Made by a program: the position numbers and the translations under genes. From assembly GCA_963693365.1 (NCBI GenBank), contig CAVNZM010000008.1:1426001-1490000 (forward strand): 64,000 bases of DNA, in the 5' to 3' direction. This document shows, in pieces, positions 43,099-64,000 of the stretch. Within the stretch, counting starts at the first letter, position 1; the number at the start of each line of letters is the position of its first letter. Origin of the DNA: Amoebidium appalachense. Its lineage: Eukaryota > Protista > Ichthyosporea. The notes under the pieces are model-generated. The model was not told the origin of the DNA. It did no database searches and saw only the letters and a list, made by a program, of their open reading frames with translations.

Positions 43099-46000
43099 TG
43101 TGTGCAAGGGGAGGGGGGGGGGGGGGGAGGGGAGGAGGGGGGGGGGAGGGAGGGGAGTCGAGTATATTTGTGGTGCATATATGTGTGTGTACGAGAGGCT
43201 AACGGTGTATGTGACGGTTTGTGGAACGCCGTTGTGTCGCTGTTAGTAATGCACAAATGTAATCCCTACTTTCACAGTTAGAAAACTGCACGTGCAGTTT
43301 GAACTAATCTGCATGCATCGCCCTCAACACGAAACCCAAACCAAGCAAAGCCAAGGGATATGAATGTTGGTGGCAGAAACAGGGCCCTTGTATGATCGTG
43401 CACAGTGTGCTCGGAACACAAGAGCAAAACAGAAAATGATGCACACCAGCAGCGTGAGGAATAGCTAACATTTACGTCGCTCTATCTACCGACGTGGCAC
43501 AAGTTGTTAAAAGGCGAGAAAAGTAAATTGTTTCGTTTTGTGCGTGTTGTGAGTTGAGGTGCAACATGAATACAGAGAACGTGGCCACCCATTTCAAAGC
43601 ATCTCTGGTAATCACAACCGACAAGCCAAAGTACCAAATTCTAATTGCAGTGCTGTACCGTTACACCAAGCTCGCTAAAACCCAGCAAGTTGCATGCAAG
43701 ACGTATACACTAACGTGCTCTGGCTGGCACACTCTGCTGAAGGAGTGCCGTCAGCACCAGGAGACAGGTGCTCGCCTGCAACCTCATTTCCAAAGTACTG
43801 TGTGCAAGCTGCACGTGACCGGTATGGCCCAACCTGTTAACGGTAACACAGCATTGAACCCATGGAGGAATTATGTTTCGAGAATGTTCTAGAATGTGGC
43901 AGCACTATCCATGCACGGTGGCACGGTGTGGTTGTCGGCTGTGTGTGTGGTCTAAACGCAAAAAAAAAAAAGATGGTTAGGCTGCTAGATGCAGATGGTT
44001 GCTGGATGTGTTGGAACAAATGTATTCATGAGTTATTATGAAAGTATTCACCAAGCATAAAGCTCACAAAGTATAAAGAATACAAAACAATCGCTGGTTT
44101 CAAGAAGGTCTGCTTACGTTTGCACTCTTCAAAGGTGCACGCTTACGGTAAGTGTGGGTCACTGTGCTTGTATGAGGCACCTCTACTCTCTGTTACTATT
44201 CGAAGGCTTGTGTGTTACACGCAGTAACACAGCCTACATAGCCCACTAGCCACTATTGAAAATATCTGGAACGTTAAGCTGCTATGTAGTTGTTTCAAAG
44301 GACGTTCACCTACTGGAAAAAACTACAATGTGCTGTAAAGTGCTAAACGCCTCCGACTGGTATTGAAAAAAAGGGTGACTCCAGTGGCTTGATGTTCTCG
44401 TCTTGGCCTTTCTGCCTGCAAAAATTTGTAAGCACCACACTGTGACTGTGAGTCTGTGTCCACAGTATGCCTGTGCACAAGTTACTCAAGTAGCTCAAAA
44501 AGGCATGGTGATTGGTGCTTTTCCGACCCAATCAGAGAATTTTTCTACTCTGATTGGGTCCTGGCACCCTGCATTTGTCTAGGGTGACTCTTACATGTAC
44601 ATACCAAGTACCAACCTGAATTCATCGATGCGAATGTGACCAACATGTTCTGAGCCTGAAAAGGCACGACACTTTGTTTTATTCAAATTCACCCAGTAAG
44701 TTCATGCTTTTCTTCTCAATGGTCGCCTACAGCAAGATAGACACAAAGAGGCACCTAGTGATTTCAGCTTGTGGCTTGCAAATGGGCGGGCGGTGCGGCG
44801 GTGCCCCCAGGGCGGAGCGGCGCGGACCAGCGGCCAGACGGCTGCGGGGGTTGACGGAAAAGTTCCCGTGAGCCCGCTGACTACAAATGTAACAGGAAAC
44901 CATCAACGTAACTTGAATACGATTAATTCCTGGTACAGAAAAATTAAAATAAACTTAGGAAAGTAAGTAAGTCTTATGTACACAAGCATGCGCCGGCGAC
45001 TCGCGAGGGCCCGTCCCCCGCCCGCGGGATCATGCTGGCCATGGAATGCCATCGCCGATTGCGGTGCGCAATAAAAAAATGTGTGTATGATACGGGCCTG
45101 TACGGCTACGTGTTTCTCGGCCCCGGGCGGCCGGGCCCCGGCGCGGGATATGTTGGAGCTATCCCTTTTTACTTTGCATGAACACTGCATGAAATGTACA
45201 AAAAAAACGCAATTCACGGTTCAATGAATGATATTAGCAAATAATAGCGTAAATAGCGACACCTATACCGTCACATGATCATCATTTCTAGCACCGTGGC
45301 TAGCTATAGCTAAGACCAAAGGAAAATTCAGACGATTTCGTACCCTGGACTCGGGCCTGGAGGAATACGGTGCTTTTTTCGCCAATCAGATTGGTTTTGT
45401 ATCAGCGTCCAATAGTTTGCAGTCCTGGAATCAGCGTCCTTCCCCCTAGACCCCATTACAATGTTATTGTTTCGGCCTATTATTCCTGGGAAGGCCTTTT
45501 TTTTCATTCAGAGCCTGACAGGAGCCTCGATGACTACATAATGCATTCGCGCACAGGCACCACATTAATAATTTTTTGAGAATTGTCCATCATTTTTACT
45601 GAGAAGTAGTAACAGTAATGTACTGTACCTCTTAAACAAAGTTTCAGTGTGTACGCTGCTTACACAGTGCGGCTAGTGGGGGACAGTGCGGTAGACGCGC
45701 GAATCAATCGGTCGACGTCCGCGCGCGTCTCAAACTGACGCTCCGTGGACGGTCTCGGTGGATGTGCAAGTGCCGGAAGCAGTGCATGATCCGATGAGCG
45801 TACGCATATGCGATTTGTGCAAATTGCATGTGCCACTATGAAGAGCTCAGGCGGCATCACAAGTATTACGTCGAAGTAACTCCGATAGTAAACAAAACTG
45901 AATATGTTGATGGTATCGCATGTTGATTAGGGGTGCATGTAGCCTGCTACACACACGGTCATTTGGTTGCAGTCGTGCACACGGTCATGTCTGCTTCAAA

Positions 46001-46258
46001 TGTTGCCCCACACAGGCAGCTGACATCAAGTCAAACCAAAGCCTGTAGCTAGTCGACGTAGTAAATTAATTTAACGCAGTGAGGCCAGCAAGTAAATCAC
46101 CACAAAAACACTAAGAGATAAGGCCTAGCGAGGCACGCCAGCGTGCCTCAGCCAGAAAAAAAGGAATAAAAGGGTGGTTGGAGTTGGCTGTGAAATACAC
46201 ACGTTCGTGACTGTGCGCGTGCGTCTCCCTCCCGCTGGAGTCACTGCTTGTGTATGGA

Positions 46259-46291
<33 letters not shown>

Positions 46292-46372
46292 ATAGGTGCC
46301 TGTGCGTGCGTATAGGTGCCTGTGTGCACGTGCCTGTGTGTATGTGTGCATGGATTGTTGTGGCTGGATCCT

Positions 46373-63443
<17,071 letters not shown>

Positions 63444-63599
63444 CTCTGTGTCTGTAGTCGCCGGCCTAGAAACACCGTTTTACCTAGTAACCTCGTTTGG
63501 CCTAAAAATGATCTTGCTTGCTATAAACACAGAGAATCCAAAGAGAGAGAGACAGTAAATAGAGCAGCGCTGTGTGTGTGTTTTGGTTCCAAAAAATTT

Positions 63600-63670
63600 C
63601 GTTCACGTGACGGCGCGCGCCAAGCAGTTTGGCGCCAGATTCGGATCCATGACGTCATCACACGTGCCCC
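63600..63670 (-). promoter_or_regulatory. CCT8 proximal promoter motifs: two E-boxes and a CRE
   Basis: CACGTG at 63604 and 63661 and TGACGTCA at 63650, 160-225 bp upstream of the CCT8 ATG in a CpG-rich patch. Confidence 0.45.
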
Positions 63671-63841
63671 GGCGAGATATATGTATATTCACGGATTGAG
63701 ATATACACTGGATATACCATGTGGGCTTCGAAAGTTGGCATGATATGACGCTATAAAAAAAACATAAAAAAAGGTGCACTCCGTTATGATATTTTGTGTG
63801 CGTTGAGCTCCGTTATATGTGTGTGTGTGTGTACAGTATGT

Positions 63842-63946
<105 letters not shown>

Positions 63947-63949
63947 GTG

Positions 63950-64000
<51 letters not shown>

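Overview
Eukaryotic, intron-rich genomic DNA, most likely from a unicellular holozoan or other opisthokont protist. This is an inference from the animal-like N-termini of CysRS and CCT8. Introns are full of poly(C)/poly(G), (CA)n/(TG)n and (GA)n tracts, so nearly all ORFs in the supplied track are artefacts. Genes I could reconstruct by hand from GT-AG exon chains: the 5' half of cytosolic cysteinyl-tRNA synthetase (minus, runs off the left edge), an intronless PQ-loop protein with an extra C-terminal domain (plus), a 55-aa TATA/Inr-driven microprotein (plus), a 15-exon secreted TolB/PD40 beta-propeller of the plant DPP6N-like type (minus), a 2-exon RVxF PP1-binding protein (plus), a frameshifted Cys-rich/SdrD-B adhesin-like pseudogene (minus) and a complete 17-exon CCT8 (minus, 545 aa). 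Mobile DNA: an internally deleted piggyBac-like element, a two-copy MITE, two dispersed repeat families, and a composite element with a structured head, a LINE-like tail and a poly(A) end. The most striking feature is a tandem array of seven ~143-nt box H/ACA snoRNA-like units inside a single CCT8 intron (57.5-60.2 kb). Their 3' hairpin pocket matches the LSU rRNA site GCAUGAA-U-G-GAUUAA (yeast 25S U2314), while one strand of the 5' hairpin pocket is hypervariable between copies.
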